From Octopus sinensis (Eukaryota): DNA of 38,121 nt. The notes beneath the pieces are model-generated. The model ran no database searches and was not told the origin of the DNA. It was given only the letters and a program-made list of their open reading frames with translations. Shown here piece after piece: positions 22,597-36,029 of this stretch. The DNA lies in contig NW_021835838.1 in the NCBI RefSeq assembly GCF_006345805.1, positions 1 through 38,121 on the forward strand, written 5' to 3'. Every line of letters starts with the position of its first letter. Within the stretch, counting starts at the first letter, position 1. The translations under genes were made by a program, and so were the position numbers.

Positions 22597-22912
22597 CTTA
22601 AGTGGTTGTCATATAAACTGGCTCAGTGACGGGCAGAACAGAAAAATCCCCTAAAAATAATAAGGATTTCAGAAAAGTAATGGAAAATACCTTACAGAGA
22701 GCTTTGATGGAGGAATATTTTTGATTAATGCACGTGAACCAAGGCAATACAATTTTAGTTCACAGAGCGCAAAATAGCTAAAACTATGAATGCATACATA
22801 TATGCCGGATGCTTTTCCTCGAGATCCACACGCAGTAAGCCAACTCAAAAGCTATCACCGTATACAAATACGTACCTCCCCACCCCGTCTCTTGCTCTCT
22901 CTCTTTCTCTCG

Positions 22913-22951
<39 letters not shown>

Positions 22952-23033
22952 AACATCACGTCTACAGTGTACTCTGGTCTTCAAATTTGGAGCTATAGAA
23001 AATACACACACACACATAAATATATCTATCTAT

Positions 23034-23081
<48 letters not shown>

Positions 23082-23191
23082 TTATCTATCTATCTATATA
23101 TGTGTATGTGTGTCTTTCCATATGTATTTATATGTACACACACACTCATACACATACAGGCAATAATCACTTAAGGGCGTTTCGTTCTGAC

Positions 23192-25517
23192 GTCGGTGTG
23201 AAATGATACAAAATCAAATACAGTAAATAAAATTCACCAAGTGTATACTTTCAAACTAAAATTTCGTTTACTTTTATTATTGTTTTCTTTTGTAACTCGT
23301 TACTTTTTGTCCACTTCGCTACAATATAAATAATAAATAAACAATGATGGATAATGATAGTAATTATTCATCATTGTTTTTTTTTTCACGAACGTCATTT
23401 AAGATACGTCTACCGGCTAATTCAGAGTAGATGCAAGTCTTATAAGATACGACAGCGCTTAAAATATAAGAAAGCCAAAGAACAAAATTATATTTAAGAG
23501 ATATAAATTAGAATAGGCCTTGCAGTAAAGTTTGTTTGATCCTTCTTAGATGTACTTGGCGCAAAATGTTTCCTTTCAAATTTCCAGTAATAATTTATCT
23601 TTAGACATGGTGTTAAATGAAAATTATGAATTGAGCCAAATATATAAATAAAGCATTATGAAGTTTGCCTGATTCGGAATTAGTCAGATTTTGTATTTGT
23701 TTTGCTTTGAACGCGGTGGTGACCCTTCGAATTTTGACTTTGCAAATATTTATTGATTTTTTTTTCCTCGTTGAGGAAAGTAAAAGTGAATTGTGTACCA
23801 CTGCTGTCTGAGGGTTCGTACACATGCAAAATCGTAATAATAGAGCAACATGTGTAACATTAGAAACTAAATGAGAAGTGTTACAGAGATTCGACTTTGG
23901 ATAGCAAAGCTGCATATATTGGAAGGGTTCTCGGTCTTCCCTTAGCAATTGTACAAATAATATACAATAATACCGAAAAAACAAATTAAGTTTGTACTCA
24001 GTGTAACACCTTTGAACTAGATATGAAAACCAACATATGGAAAGACTTTCAAACATGGATAGAGTACACAATACAAATGAAAAATAAGTTTATATGATTA
24101 TTTAAAAAATGCACAGGGTTTCTTAATGTGAAAACGTCATGGCATGCTGTGGTTGATTGGGATGTTTAACGAATCGTATAAAATTGCCTCGTAAACAGAT
24201 AACAGGAGAATTCTTAAATTCCGACAGAAAACAGCAGCTACTTTTCCAACTTTACTGGAAAATATTATTAAGGAGGATACTCACTACACCAAATTTTTAA
24301 CGTTGACGGGACAGGTTTATTTGGAAACAAATGCCAAAACGAACTTGGATTTCTAAAGAAGAAAAATCTATACCTAGTTTCAAGGCTGCCAAAGATCGCA
24401 TGGTTGGAATGCTTCAGGAGATCTAAAGTTGAAGCCTCATGTTTATCATTCTCTAAATCTCAGCTTCTAAATTTATGCCAATCAAATAAAAAGGAGTAGA
24501 TCACCAGAACAGCGTTCCAAATTGGTTTACTTTATGTTTTGGTCCAACTGTCAAAGAATACTGTCAGACGAAGATCCTTGAAAATAAAACCTTGCTTCTT
24601 GCAAACAATGCTATCTAATCTGGATGAACTGAAAGATAATGATTCAACTTATGAATCAACCTGACTGATTGTGTTTAGACGTAAAGAGTTAAGGGATTAT
24701 TGCTACATTCAGAGCCTACTATTTGCGGGGCACCTTTAAGCAAGTACTTAAGACTATAGATAGAAAAATTAAACTACCAGTAAAAGAATTTTGACGGGGC
24801 TGCCATATTATGAATACCATTGAAAATTTGACAGTGATATGGCAAGAAGTGAAAACAGCCACAATGAAATTTGTCTATGATAAAATCTGTCCAGATTGTA
24901 TTGCAGACTTCCCGAGTGACAAAGAGTCAATAAAAATGTTCAATAGGAGATTACTGAAATAGCATAGCAGGTCGGATTTAATGAAAGGAATCAAAATATT
25001 GAGGAATTACTTGAGCCACATGATAAAGAAATATCTAATGAGGATGCCGTGGAGATGGAACAGCACCAAGCTGAAGAAGGTGACAAGAGTGAGAATGCGA
25101 AACAAGTACGAATTTGAACAACTAAAGATTTGTCTAAAGATTTACAGCATTTTGATAAAGCTATGCCCATCTTTACCGAGAGATATCCTCAGGGAGTGAG
25201 GGAGTGAGAGAGAGAGAGAGAGCTGGTTAATGATTCGATGAAATTGTTACAAAAATTATACGAAGAAAAGAGAAATAATGTTTGACAAACTATGGACGTA
25301 TTCTTCAAGTTAACAATTCTTATTGATTTTTATTTATCTTTAATATATTCATAACACACAAATATATATCAATGTTTTGATATTAGAAGTGTTCTGAGTT
25401 TTAATTTAGAAATAGTTATTGTGACTAGAAATATATGGTGGAAATGTAACTCCTGTATATATCATTAAAACTAAGAGAAAATTGACTTTGCTTTACGTCA
25501 TTTCACTTAAAACCGAC
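23192..25517 (+). mobile_element. Decayed Tigger/pogo (IS630-Tc1-mariner superfamily) DNA transposon, ~2.3 kb
   Basis: Degenerate inverted ends gtcggtgtgaaatgatacaaaatcaa (23192-23217) and ttgactttgctttacgtcatttcacttaaaaccgac (25482-25517) enclose transposase remnants. Confidence 0.7.
23830..25310 (+). pseudogene. Tigger-type transposase pseudogene (CENP-B-like HTH + DDE_1), many stops and frameshifts
   Basis: Frameshifted peptides TCVTLETK*EVLQRFDFG, SKAAYIGRVLGLPLAIVQIIYNN (psq-type HTH), QIFNVDGTGLF, KQMPKRTWISKEEKSIPSFKAAKDRM, GPTVKEYCQTKILENKTLLLANNA, KEF*RGCHIMNTIENLTVIWQEVK. Confidence 0.88.
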
Positions 25518-25639
25518 ATACACAAATATACGCGCGCGCGCACACGCACACACATATTCATATGCATAGGGATAGATGGATTTATACATTATGTATGAAT
25601 GCATCTATGTATACGATGTGGGATCGAATTATTAGTGTG

Positions 25640-25830
25640 CCGACAAAGATATCTTGTAAATTCTGTTCCGCGGCAGTTAACGTCATTTAGCCGAGGATGA
25701 CTTTGCTTCTATCTCACGGTGTTTGCAAAGTGAGTGAGTACTAAACAAGTAGCGTGTCCGATATAATCGGCAATACTCCTGAAAGTGGTGCCCTAGCATA
25801 GCCATAGTCTAATGACTGAAACAAATACAC
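25640..25830 (+). mobile_element. Old, degenerate SINE remnant
   Basis: gccgaggatgactttgc (family B core-like) and gtggtgccctagcatagccatagtctaatgactgaaacaa (family A tail-like). Confidence 0.45.
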
Positions 25831-27588
25831 TCCAATCACAAACCCGCAGACATAAGACAGCCAAATTATCAAAACTAAAACAATAAAAACTGAATATAGC
25901 AAGAATAGTGAGTGGAATAAGGTGAGAAGAGTTTGAGAGAGAAAAAAAAATGAGGTCAATTCTGCTTACTTTGCTACTGTTATGAAGCACAGCTGTTATA
26001 ACAACTGGAACGATAGAGTAATTAGCACGCAGCCGGCCACACGTACACACATACACGACACATTAGTGAGATTCACACACATAGACATTTAAATAAACAT
26101 GCATGTACACACGCGTCCCTACTACCCACCCTCGCATGCACTTATGAAATAAGCACATGCATACACAAAGTCTATACACACGCACACACACATATGCACG
26201 CACACGCAGTAACATTTATGTTCATGTGTGCGCGTAATATGTGTATGTATGTGTGTATGTATACATACGCGCGCGCACATACGCACATATGCACACACAC
26301 ACACACACACACATATACACATATATATATATATATGTAATCTGTAAATAAAAGGGATGGAAGAGGTAGTCGAGTACTACAGCTGTTTCAAAAGCACATC
26401 GGGTGCATCTTACGTAACATTACGAATGTCTTGTACCCGTATTATGTACTTTTTCATCAGGTACATGCGACTGCTTAGTTGAAAATAGTCTATCGTAATG
26501 GAGAATGTAAAAGAAAGTCAGGCTAACAAAAAGAATTTTTAAAAAAAGAGTGGAGATTGGAATCGGGGAAAGAACCAACGGCGTGCCCTACTCAAGTAAC
26601 CTACTACCGTTACCTTACTTTGAAAGTATTTTCCTTTTTCATTATCTTCTTCTTTCCTCTTCCCTGTTTTTCCCCATATGAACTTTTATTACTCATATTT
26701 ATCTACCCTAAGCAATAAACATCACAGCTTCTACCGCTCCGGTTGCCCATTATTGACGCCACACACACATTTTAATGAAATTATAATCTACTGCAGCCAT
26801 TGCAATAATTTGAGTATGCTGATAACAAAATGTAACTACATCTCTATCTATCTTGCTAAGTTAATCGGTGAATAGTACACGCAATCGTTTCTTTACCAAT
26901 TCCAACCTCCACTCACATCTTTTTTTAATTCTTTCTGCTATCCCGGCTTTTCTTTGCATTCTCTATTACGGCGACCTGATAAAAAAAAGTATTCCAGACG
27001 GCTACAACACATTTGTAAAGCTACGTAAGACGCACCAAATGTGCTTTTAAAATGGCTGTAATAGTGAACTACCTGTTCCACCCCTTTTGTGTACAAATTT
27101 GATTATCGCATAATAAGCAATTTTGTTGCTTTCGAGATGCAATTGTATAGCACCTGTCACCTTATCGGAATTTTCTGTCTAATCTCGATATGAGATGAAT
27201 TGTATTTGATGTAGTGATTAATAAATCTTATTGATCAATGATTAAGTCATCCGTATTTTTTATAGGAGCCGAGTTGTGGCTAAAGATTAACCGATTACGT
27301 TTTGCCACTATCACTTGATTGATTCTGCCACATTATTACTTCATATATATGTATATATCGTTTTATAAATATAATAGATAAAATATGAGTATGTGTAAGG
27401 TAGTAAACTGTATATCATACTTAATGCAGATATAACACTGAAAGCTACCATGGCTACTTGTCTGCTACTTATGTGTATTTGTGTTTTTGAACACTGAGAT
27501 AAAGAGATATTATCTTAGGACGAATACCGCGGTTAATGTGTATATATCCAGACGATAATCATATGCAAATATTCCGTATACAGAAATA

Positions 27589-27638
<50 letters not shown>

Positions 27639-28676
27639 AACAAACAAACAAACAAACAAACACACAAACTCACTCACTCTCTCTCACACACACACACATA
27701 TCGCACATACACACATACATGTATGTATATAATAACAGTTTAAAGCTGAATATAATATTTAATATTTTATGGGTTTTTATTATTTATATTATTATTAGTA
27801 ATTAGATAAATAATTTACATTAAGTATGTGCAGGATAAATGAAGTTTATAATATAAGTATTTGATACAAATAAGTATAAGGACTGAGTGATAATAAGAAA
27901 GAATACACCAGGTGAATATTTAGGAGAGAGCTCTTAATGAAAAATTTACAGTATTAGTTGAAATACTACTAGATTGAGTAGCGTTCATTTTCTTATTCTG
28001 TCTAATGCCGGTATTTTAGGCCTTGTAAATTTTGAAAATTTCGTTTCTTTAAAAGATTATCGTCTGCTAATAATATCACAGTATCTTTATCTGTGCACAG
28101 TCGAAATATACGTCATGACACTCCACTCGAGTTTAAAATCAATACCTTTTGATTTCAAAATTCAAATGTGATTGGTTAATGGTGTCGAGTGAATCTGTTT
28201 ATATTAGAGAATGAATGTTTATGCATTGAATACCTATTTCTCAAGATAGAAGAAGAGTCTATAAATTTTTAATATAGTTATGAGTAAAGCTGTTCCTATA
28301 AAGAGGTCATTCATTAGCTACTCTACAGTTACAGGTGTGCAATGTAGCAATAAATAATTAATAGTTAGTGGTGCACTATTTGCCATTGATATATTAAACA
28401 TGACAGGGTACGTAGATAGATGTGTGTTTTTTTCTTTTTGCAGCAGGTGTATAATTTAATACATGCACTTCTATACTGTTACGGTATGCATGTAGCTTGT
28501 CGAAGCTGAGCAGTCACTGTCATCCCTCAGGCAAAAGGTTAATAAACATTCACTGAATAAATCTTCAGTTTAATGCTAAATCATTTCTATTTTCAACTTT
28601 AGATAATATAATAATATATAATATAATATATATATATATATATAATATATATATATATAATATATATATATGAAAC

Positions 28677-28708
<32 letters not shown>

Positions 28709-28719
28709 CTCCTTCCTCT

Positions 28720-29720
28720 CTTTTGTCAAATCTTTCCATCCTGCCCCCCACTTCTGCACTATTTCCAACACTTCCGTCGCCTTTCTCGACATTTCGGTCA
28801 GCATTCATCACTCCTTTCTCACCACTTCCAACCACTACAAACACACAGACTCACACTCACACCTCAACTTCTCCTCCTCCCACCCTAAACACACCAAGCT
28901 TTCTATCCCCTATTCCCAATTCTTCCGTCTACGCGGGCTCTACAGTGACGACCATGACTTTGAGACTCAGTCTTGACTCATGGTTCGCCACTTCATCCTA
29001 CGTGGATATCCCCTCACCACTATCCACACCGCCCTTGCCAGAGCACGTTCTGTGGACCGTGCATCTGCTATCTCCCTCCACACCCGCCCCGCCATCGCCC
29101 GTCTCCCGTTTCCCCTCACTTACCACCCCACCACCCTACCTCTCCAACGCACCATTCTTCGAGCCTTCCGGCAACTCAAGTCCGATCCCTCCATTTCGCA
29201 CATCTTCCCTAACCGACCCCTCCCTTCCTTCAAACGAGCCCACAACCTAAGAGACCTCTTGGTCCTCAGCTTCTTCCCTAACTCAACCTCCCAACCTGGC
29301 TCGTTACCCTGCTCTCGCCCACGCTGCCGCACTTATCCCTTACCTCTCCAACACCACTCTCCTCACGGGCACCCATCATCGACCCTATCATATCACTGAC
29401 TCCTTCACCTGTACTTCTAGCAACGTCATCTACTGCATCTCCTGCTCTCTCCATCCTCTATACATCGGTCAAACGGGACGCCGCTTGGTTGACCGGTTCG
29501 CGGAACACCTCCGGGACATCAGACTCGGCAACGACACTCCGGTCTCGCGCCATTTCCGCTCTACCGGTCATTCTTTACAACACCTGTCTGTGTTCGGATT
29601 GTCCTTGCACATGGGTCATTCGGACTCCGTCTTCGTCGTGAACAGGGATTAATCTTCTCTCTTCACTCCTTTTCGCCACATGGGGTCAACTTTCATCCTC
29701 TCTCCTCTCTTTCTCTCACA
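28720..29720 (+). pseudogene. Penelope-like element 1: 5'-truncated RT C-terminal region + GIY-YIG endonuclease, frameshifted, C-rich
   Basis: VKSFHP..TISNTSVAFLDISVSIH; HPKHTKLSIPYSQFFRLR; RGYP; LPFPLTYHP; SFKRAHNLRDLLV; CSRPRC; FTCTSSNVIYCISC..LYIGQTGRRLVDRFAEHLRDI..PVSRHF. Confidence 0.93.
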
Positions 29721-30199
29721 CCTACTTTCTCCCACCCACCTCCCCTCTCTTGCTCTGACACCTACATCCTCTCTTCCCTCCTACTTACCTTATCTCTTCT
29801 TAGTCACCCCCTCCCTCGTTGCCCCACCCCTACTAATTCCAACCCCACTATCCCTATACATCCCATCCCATTCCCCATCCCTTACACCCACACATACCCC
29901 ACCCTTGCTTCCCCCACACCCCAACACTACCACACCACACACCGCCACACACCACCACACCACACACCACCACACCACACACCACACCACCCCGCACATA
30001 CTACCACTGATCACTTCCCAGCACCCACACTATCATCCACACACCTACACATGCACACACGCACACGTCAAGGTCACCAGCGCCCATCCACACGCACACA
30101 CACACGCTCTCACATACAAACGCATGCGCATCTTCGTTTTGGGATCACCACTACTTTATTCTCTCCCCTTCTTCCTAGCTCTCTTGTGTGACCCCTCTG

Positions 30200-30417
30200 T
30201 CCAGCATTCGGCATGATAGATCGCTAGCCACTAAACCTTTTTCATTTTCTCTCCCTGTTTATTTCTGTGTTCCTTTCTGTTGAAGAGCGTAGGCTCGTCA
30301 CTTAAAAGACTTTCTCACTTCCCGAGCGTTAAAGTAATACACCTGTCTGTTGTTTACACACGCGTCTTCGTCTTTTGTGTTCTTTTTTTTTGCAAATTCC
30401 CACTATATATATATATC
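30200..30417 (+). mobile_element. Terminal repeat (pLTR) of Penelope-like element 1, ending in (TA)n
   Basis: Lies downstream of the GIY-YIG region and a C/A-rich low-complexity spacer; homologous to 4050-4235. Confidence 0.8.
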
Positions 30418-31813
30418 CACCTCCCGAAGACAGTAAAGGACGGAACTCTACTGGTGTCTTTCGATGTGGTGAATCTATACACTAATATCCCACACGACTA
30501 TGGTATAAAAGCAATCACATTTTGGCTAGAAAAATGCGCAGAAGAGATCCCAGGTCGAATTAACCCCAATTTTATAATTGAAGCACTGACATTCGTCCTG
30601 TTGAACAATCATTTCTTGTTCGAAATGCGGAATTGCAATGGGAACCAGAGCTGCTCCAGTGATTGCAAACCTCGTAATGGGTTACCACGAACTTAAGTTA
30701 TACCAATCATCACTAGAAAAATATGGCGCCTCTTTCAATTGCTACTTAAAGGAGAACTGGAAGAGATATTTAGATGATTGCTTCATGCTTTGGCAAGATA
30801 GCATGGATCAACTCCTTGAGTTCAAAAGCATGCTCAACAACATACACAGCAATATACAATTCACTATGGAACACAACAGTAAGCAACTACCTTTTCTAGA
30901 CATTTTAATTAGAATAGTTAACAACCACATAGAAACAGACGTCTTTTATAAACCCACAGATTCTAAACAATACCTATTATTTAACTCCTGCCACCCCAAA
31001 CACATAAAAATCAACATACCCTTTAACCTAACAAAAAGAATCTGCACCATAGTTTCCGATACATACACTCGTGAACATAGACTCCTTGAACTTAGATCTA
31101 CACTAACTAGAAGACACTACGCAATCTCATTAGTAAATGAAGGCATCAAAAGAGCTAAGGAAATAGATATTCAAAGATTAAGGAAAACTAGCCGAAATAC
31201 TAAACAAGACTTAAAAATACTCCCGTACATCTCCACACATAACCCCAGAAACAACGAAGCCTTCAACATCATCACCCAAAACCTTCCCATCCTCACAGCA
31301 GACAAAACAATGAAGGAAATTTTAAGCTCATATGAAATTATAAAAAGCAAAAAGCAACCAAAGTCACTGAAAAGAATATTAACCAGCGCTAGACTTTACC
31401 CACTAACTACTGAGCCAAAAGTGACAAAATGTGGACGTTCTAATTGTGGAACATGCCCCCACCTTCTGGAGGGTTCAGAATTCCAATTTAAACAAGGAGA
31501 AATATTTAAGATCAAATCAAATTTCACCTGCGCCTCAGCAAATGTAATCTATGTCATGACATGCATATGATGTGGTAAACTCTATATTGGACAGACAGGA
31601 ATTTCGCTCCGTCAAAGAATCACCATTCACAAAGAGCAAGTCCGTCATCCACAATACAGACAGTTAAAGGTGAGTGAACACATAGAAGGATGTGCCAGGT
31701 ATCTTAATCCCAATTTCCAAATATTTCCCTTTTACCAATGCTCACAGAACACCACAATGCAATAAAGGCTGAATAAAGAGACATTTTTCATCAACAAATT
31801 TCTCCCCAACTAA
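30418..31813 (+). pseudogene. Penelope-like element 2: 5'-truncated RT + linker + GIY-YIG endonuclease, A-rich, few lesions
   Basis: LVSFDVVNLYTNIP; AMGTRAAPVIANLVM; WKRYLDDCF; LPFLDI; FYKPTDSKQYL; CGRSNCGTCPH; NVIYVMTCI*CGKLYIGQTG. One deletion/frameshift near 30625, in-frame stops at 31568-31570 and ~31763, terminal stop 31811-31813. Confidence 0.95.
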
Positions 31814-32240
31814 ATATGAACACACAACTCAATACAGAACACCACTAACTATTCAATTGAAACCACTAAACCCTATACACTACCTACATCACTCACATCT
31901 CTAATTTCCAGAACTACTTACCTCCCTTACAAATAATCTTTTTTCTCAGGAACTATTAGACCTGACACCGTATATTAACCGGTGTTGTTCAAACGATGAA
32001 TAGCCTTCGTGTAAACCACTGGTTCGTTTTGTTCTCTTACTTTATTATCATCTTATAATCATCTCATAATAATGACCTTTATGACTCGTATTACTACCTC
32101 AGTCAATCTAAATGTATATATTTGTCACTACCTATCATAAATAGCCTTTTTCTATTTGCAATATGCATTTTCGTTGATTTTTCATATTTTATCCTTACAT
32201 TTCCACGTGTATTTTATATCTTCTTTTCATAACATATTTC

Positions 32241-32297
<57 letters not shown>

Positions 32298-32459
32298 CTA
32301 AAGTTGAAAATAGAAATGTTTTAGCATTAAACTGAAGATTATTCAGTGAATATTTATTAAAGAGGGATAACAGTGACTTCGCAGCGTCGACAAGCTACAT
32401 GCATACATACATATGTGTATGTGTGTGTACATTTAGATACATATACATACATACATACA

Positions 32460-32521
<62 letters not shown>

Positions 32522-32715
32522 GTAGGCGCAGGTGTGACTGGGCGGTAAGAAGCTTGCTTCCCAACCATATGGTTCTGGGTTCAGTCCCACTGTGTGACAT
32601 CTTAGGCAAGTGTATATACTATATTCTCACATCGAGCATAACTTTATGAGTGGAATAAGTAGACAGAAATTGTTTGTTTGTATCTTTGGTTGTCACCATC
32701 ACTGCATGGCAACTG
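32522..32715 (+). mobile_element. SINE family A, diverged 5' part
   Basis: taggcgcaggtgtgactgggcggtaagaagcttgcttcccaaccatatggttctgggttcagtcccactgtgtgacatcttaggcaagtgt. Confidence 0.8.
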
Positions 32716-32735
32716 ATATTTTCTCATATAGCACG

Positions 32736-33130
32736 TGTAACTTAAGGAATCCTGATAAATGCCCTTTAAATAGCCAATGTCTTAAAACTAATGTAATACA
32801 CGAATCTTCAGTTATGATACCAGATAAGGTACATAACTATATTGGTACCATTGCATCAAAATTTAAATTTTGATCATATAATCATGTACATTTCTTTAAG
32901 AATAAACGAAAAGCACTTAGTACTTCGCTAGCTAACTTTATTTGCAACCCCAAAATGAAGAATATTAGTTACTCAGTACCATGGACAATATACATACTGA
33001 ATTTGCACCCATTGAAGCGAGGGTAGCTGTAAACTGAGTTTTATGGATGCATTAGAAGTCTTAAAGGTCTACTTAATGAATCAGCGCAACAACTCATTGA
33101 TCTCGTGTTCCTAAAAATCCAGTCAAACAT
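32736..33130 (+). pseudogene. Penelope-like element 3: decayed GIY-YIG endonuclease fragment (different family)
   Basis: CNLRNPDKCPLNSQCLKTNVIHESSV..NYIGTIASKFKF*SYNHVHFFK..STSLANFI..YSVPWTI matches the CNC..CPL.G.CL..VVY..YIG..FK.R..NH..SF pattern. Confidence 0.82.
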
Positions 33131-33882
33131 TCTTAAAAATTCTGATTAACTAACTGAATTAAATAATTTTAATGATATCCTTCTTATTCATCGTCTCGGT
33201 TTCAAATTTATCACAGGTGAATCTGTATATTATATTCTACATCACGAAATATCCCACTTACATAATTTCTTACGTAACTAATCAATCTATTTATTTAGTT
33301 CGATTGTAAATGATCTTATCCTCTCCAACAATACTCATATCAATCTCAAACTATATCCTGTACTTTTATTTTAGCCCCTTGTTGTCATTACTTTTAAAAC
33401 TCATCTTTAACATGATATATTTTTGTTTAATATTCTGAGAATATATAGTAGTAAACTACCGTTTCTTTGAACATTTCCGTTTTCACTCCTAACTTCTTAT
33501 CTCTGTATCTTTAGTATAAAGATACAATAAATTAGAAGGTTCTCAACATGTCAATATTAGTGGCCCTGTTGTTTACAATTGATAGAACACAGGGTAATTA
33601 AAAGACAACCTGTCTCTATAGTCTCTCCACTTGAATGAATTTCTGACAGTGTAACAACCTACTGTTTATAATTTATTATTCTGTTTCCTTTCTTCCTTTC
33701 TCGTTTATTATATTTCATAAAAATTATTCTTATATGTAAACCAGTATCATTTTTAAATATCACCTTTGTAACCAGCTGGAAGAAATAGTTTGTAGAACTG
33801 TCATTTAATATGTGATGACTTCACGTGATTTTTGTATATGTATAACTCATCATGCTGATTGATAAAAATAGAGACAAGTGAT

Positions 33883-34277
33883 TACTCTTTTACTTGTTTC
33901 AGTCATTTGACTGCGGCCATGCTGGAGCACCGCCTTTAGTCGAGCAAATCGACCCCGGGACTTATTCTTTGTAAGCTCAGTACTTATTCTATCAGTCTCT
34001 TTTGCCGAACCGCTAAGTGACGGGGACGTAAACACACCAGCATCGGTTGTCAAGCAATGCTAGAGGGACAAACACAGACACACAAACATACACACACATA
34101 CATACATACATACATATATACGACAGGCTTCTTTCAGTTTCCGTCTACCAAATCCACTCACAAGGCATTGGTCGGCCCGAGGCTATAGTAGAAGACGCTT
34201 GCCCAAGGTGCCACGCAGTGGGACTGAACCCGGAACCATGTGGTTAGTAAACAAGCTACTTACCACACAGCCACTCC
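33883..34277 (-). mobile_element. SINE family A, full length
   Basis: High similarity to 14314-14700 and 18933-19322. Confidence 0.92.
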
Positions 34278-35019
34278 GAAAAGATCATCATTGATTAAAG
34301 AATACAATACCGTTTAACTTCGTTTCTTTACTACATATAAATACAGTATATTTTAATCTATAACCATATACATATATAACCCTCCCTTGATGCACATGTA
34401 TACAGTGCACAACATAAAGACACACATGCTCTTAAACTCATATATACAAACACGCACATATACACAAACGCAAGCATAAGCGTATTTACACACAAACACT
34501 CGTCTTAAAAGCGAAGGAACAATTTCATTAAAATATTTGTTTGCTTGATAAATAACCGTCATAGACTTATGTAATTATCAAAATTTTGAATCTAATTAGT
34601 TTTCCATAGCTCTCACTTCGATTTTAAAAATCTCGCTCTTACACATTTTTACTTCTGTCAACTTCCTCTCTTTATCGTTCTAACTCTCGTCAATGCATCT
34701 CTACCTCTCTATCACATAATCGCTCATATAAGTAGATAGGAAAACATAAATAAACCTAAAGTATGAGCATAAAATATGTGATGTTTCTCTATCAGTGCGC
34801 GTGCGTGTATAAAAGTGGGATATAAAGTGATCGATGCCTATCTATGTATATATTATATATATATATATAAATTTACTTGGAGAAAAGAAACGAAACGACG
34901 CGAGGGCGCTCAGTATATAAATTTAATAAATACAATATATGCATACATACATACATATATGTACGTACCTACATCTGTATGTATATATACATGCATATAT
35001 ATATATATATATATATATC

Positions 35020-35099
<80 letters not shown>

Positions 35100-35102
<3 letters not shown>

Positions 35103-35337
35103 TACAGGACACCACAAATAAACGTAGAACACAACGAGAAACGAAAACATAAAAACAAACTAGGAACGGACTTTTTTAACAACGAAAAAACAGAGTACAA
35201 GACAAACAATACAAGGAATATTCCCCTTCATCAGCTGTCCCTGGTTCGACTCAATGCGTGTTTCGAAGGTAAGGACAGAACACGATCCGGTCGAAGCAAT
35301 CCTTCCTGCAAAAGAATTAAATAAAATTCTTTTGCAG
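35100..35337 (-). mobile_element. Probable Penelope-like terminal repeat (third family), ending in (TA)n
   Basis: Minus strand has ccttcgaaac..cagctgatgaaggggaatattcctt then a T/G-rich tail into (TA)n at 34996-35099; architecture as the other pLTRs. Confidence 0.55.
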
Positions 35338-35960
35338 AGGCCTATCTCACTAACTTCACACATCAGCAAAGTAGCCGAACGAATAGTCAGAAGGGAACAA
35401 ATTGCATCCTTTGATGACTAACATCCAGCATAGTTTTCGACCAAGCAGAAGCGCAGAGGTTTTACTGCACAACGACTGAGTGTTAAAGCAGCTGTTCAAC
35501 AACTCAAATGTGAATGTGAAATATCTCGACTTAGCAAAAGCTTTTCATAAAGTCGACCACGATGTGATATGCCATAAGCTGCGTAATTTTGTCAAATAAA
35601 AATTGGTGAGTGGCTACATGAAATTTTAAAAGACAGAAGTGAGGCGGCAGTGGCCAATGGCGTCACCTCCAAAGAAACACAAACAATGAGTGATGTTCCA
35701 CAAGGCACTGAGTTAAGGTCACTGCTATTCATAGAGACCCACTCAGACATAATCTCAACTGCTCAGATAACCACCCTTGCTAGCAATGCAGATGATGCAA
35801 AAGCCTTTTAGGGGATATGTAACTGTAGAGATATCGCTTACCTGCAACAAGAGGTTATAAGCATGCATTTTAATGCTGGAAAATTTCAAGCTCTGAGCTA
35901 CTAACTAATACACGAAACTAAATGAAATGCAGATAGAATACACTGGCCAAAGAGGGATTG
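35338..35960 (+). pseudogene. CR1/L2-type LINE reverse transcriptase fragment
   Basis: RPISLTSHISKVAERIV; QHSFRPSRS; YLDLAKAFHKVDHD; WLHEILKDRS; SDVPQGTEL..LLF; SNADDAK, with frameshifts. Confidence 0.9.
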
Positions 35961-36029
35961 CAATCCCTGATTTTATTTTATTTATTTTTTTTTTTTTTGT
36001 CGAATGAATCGTCACAAATACTTATTTTT

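Noticed and set aside
23613-24071. 152-aa minus ORF with GPCR-like ICWFSY and CTNP segments
   Set aside because: Antisense to the Tigger transposase 5' region; spacing does not fit TM6-TM7.
26445-26466. Recursive-splice-like ttttcatcag|gtacat
   Set aside because: Donor half is far from consensus; such AGGT sites are common by chance.
30638-31570. 310-aa ORF as an intact or domesticated gene
   Set aside because: 5'-truncated, frameshifted upstream, with stops inside the GIY-YIG domain; a dead Penelope copy.
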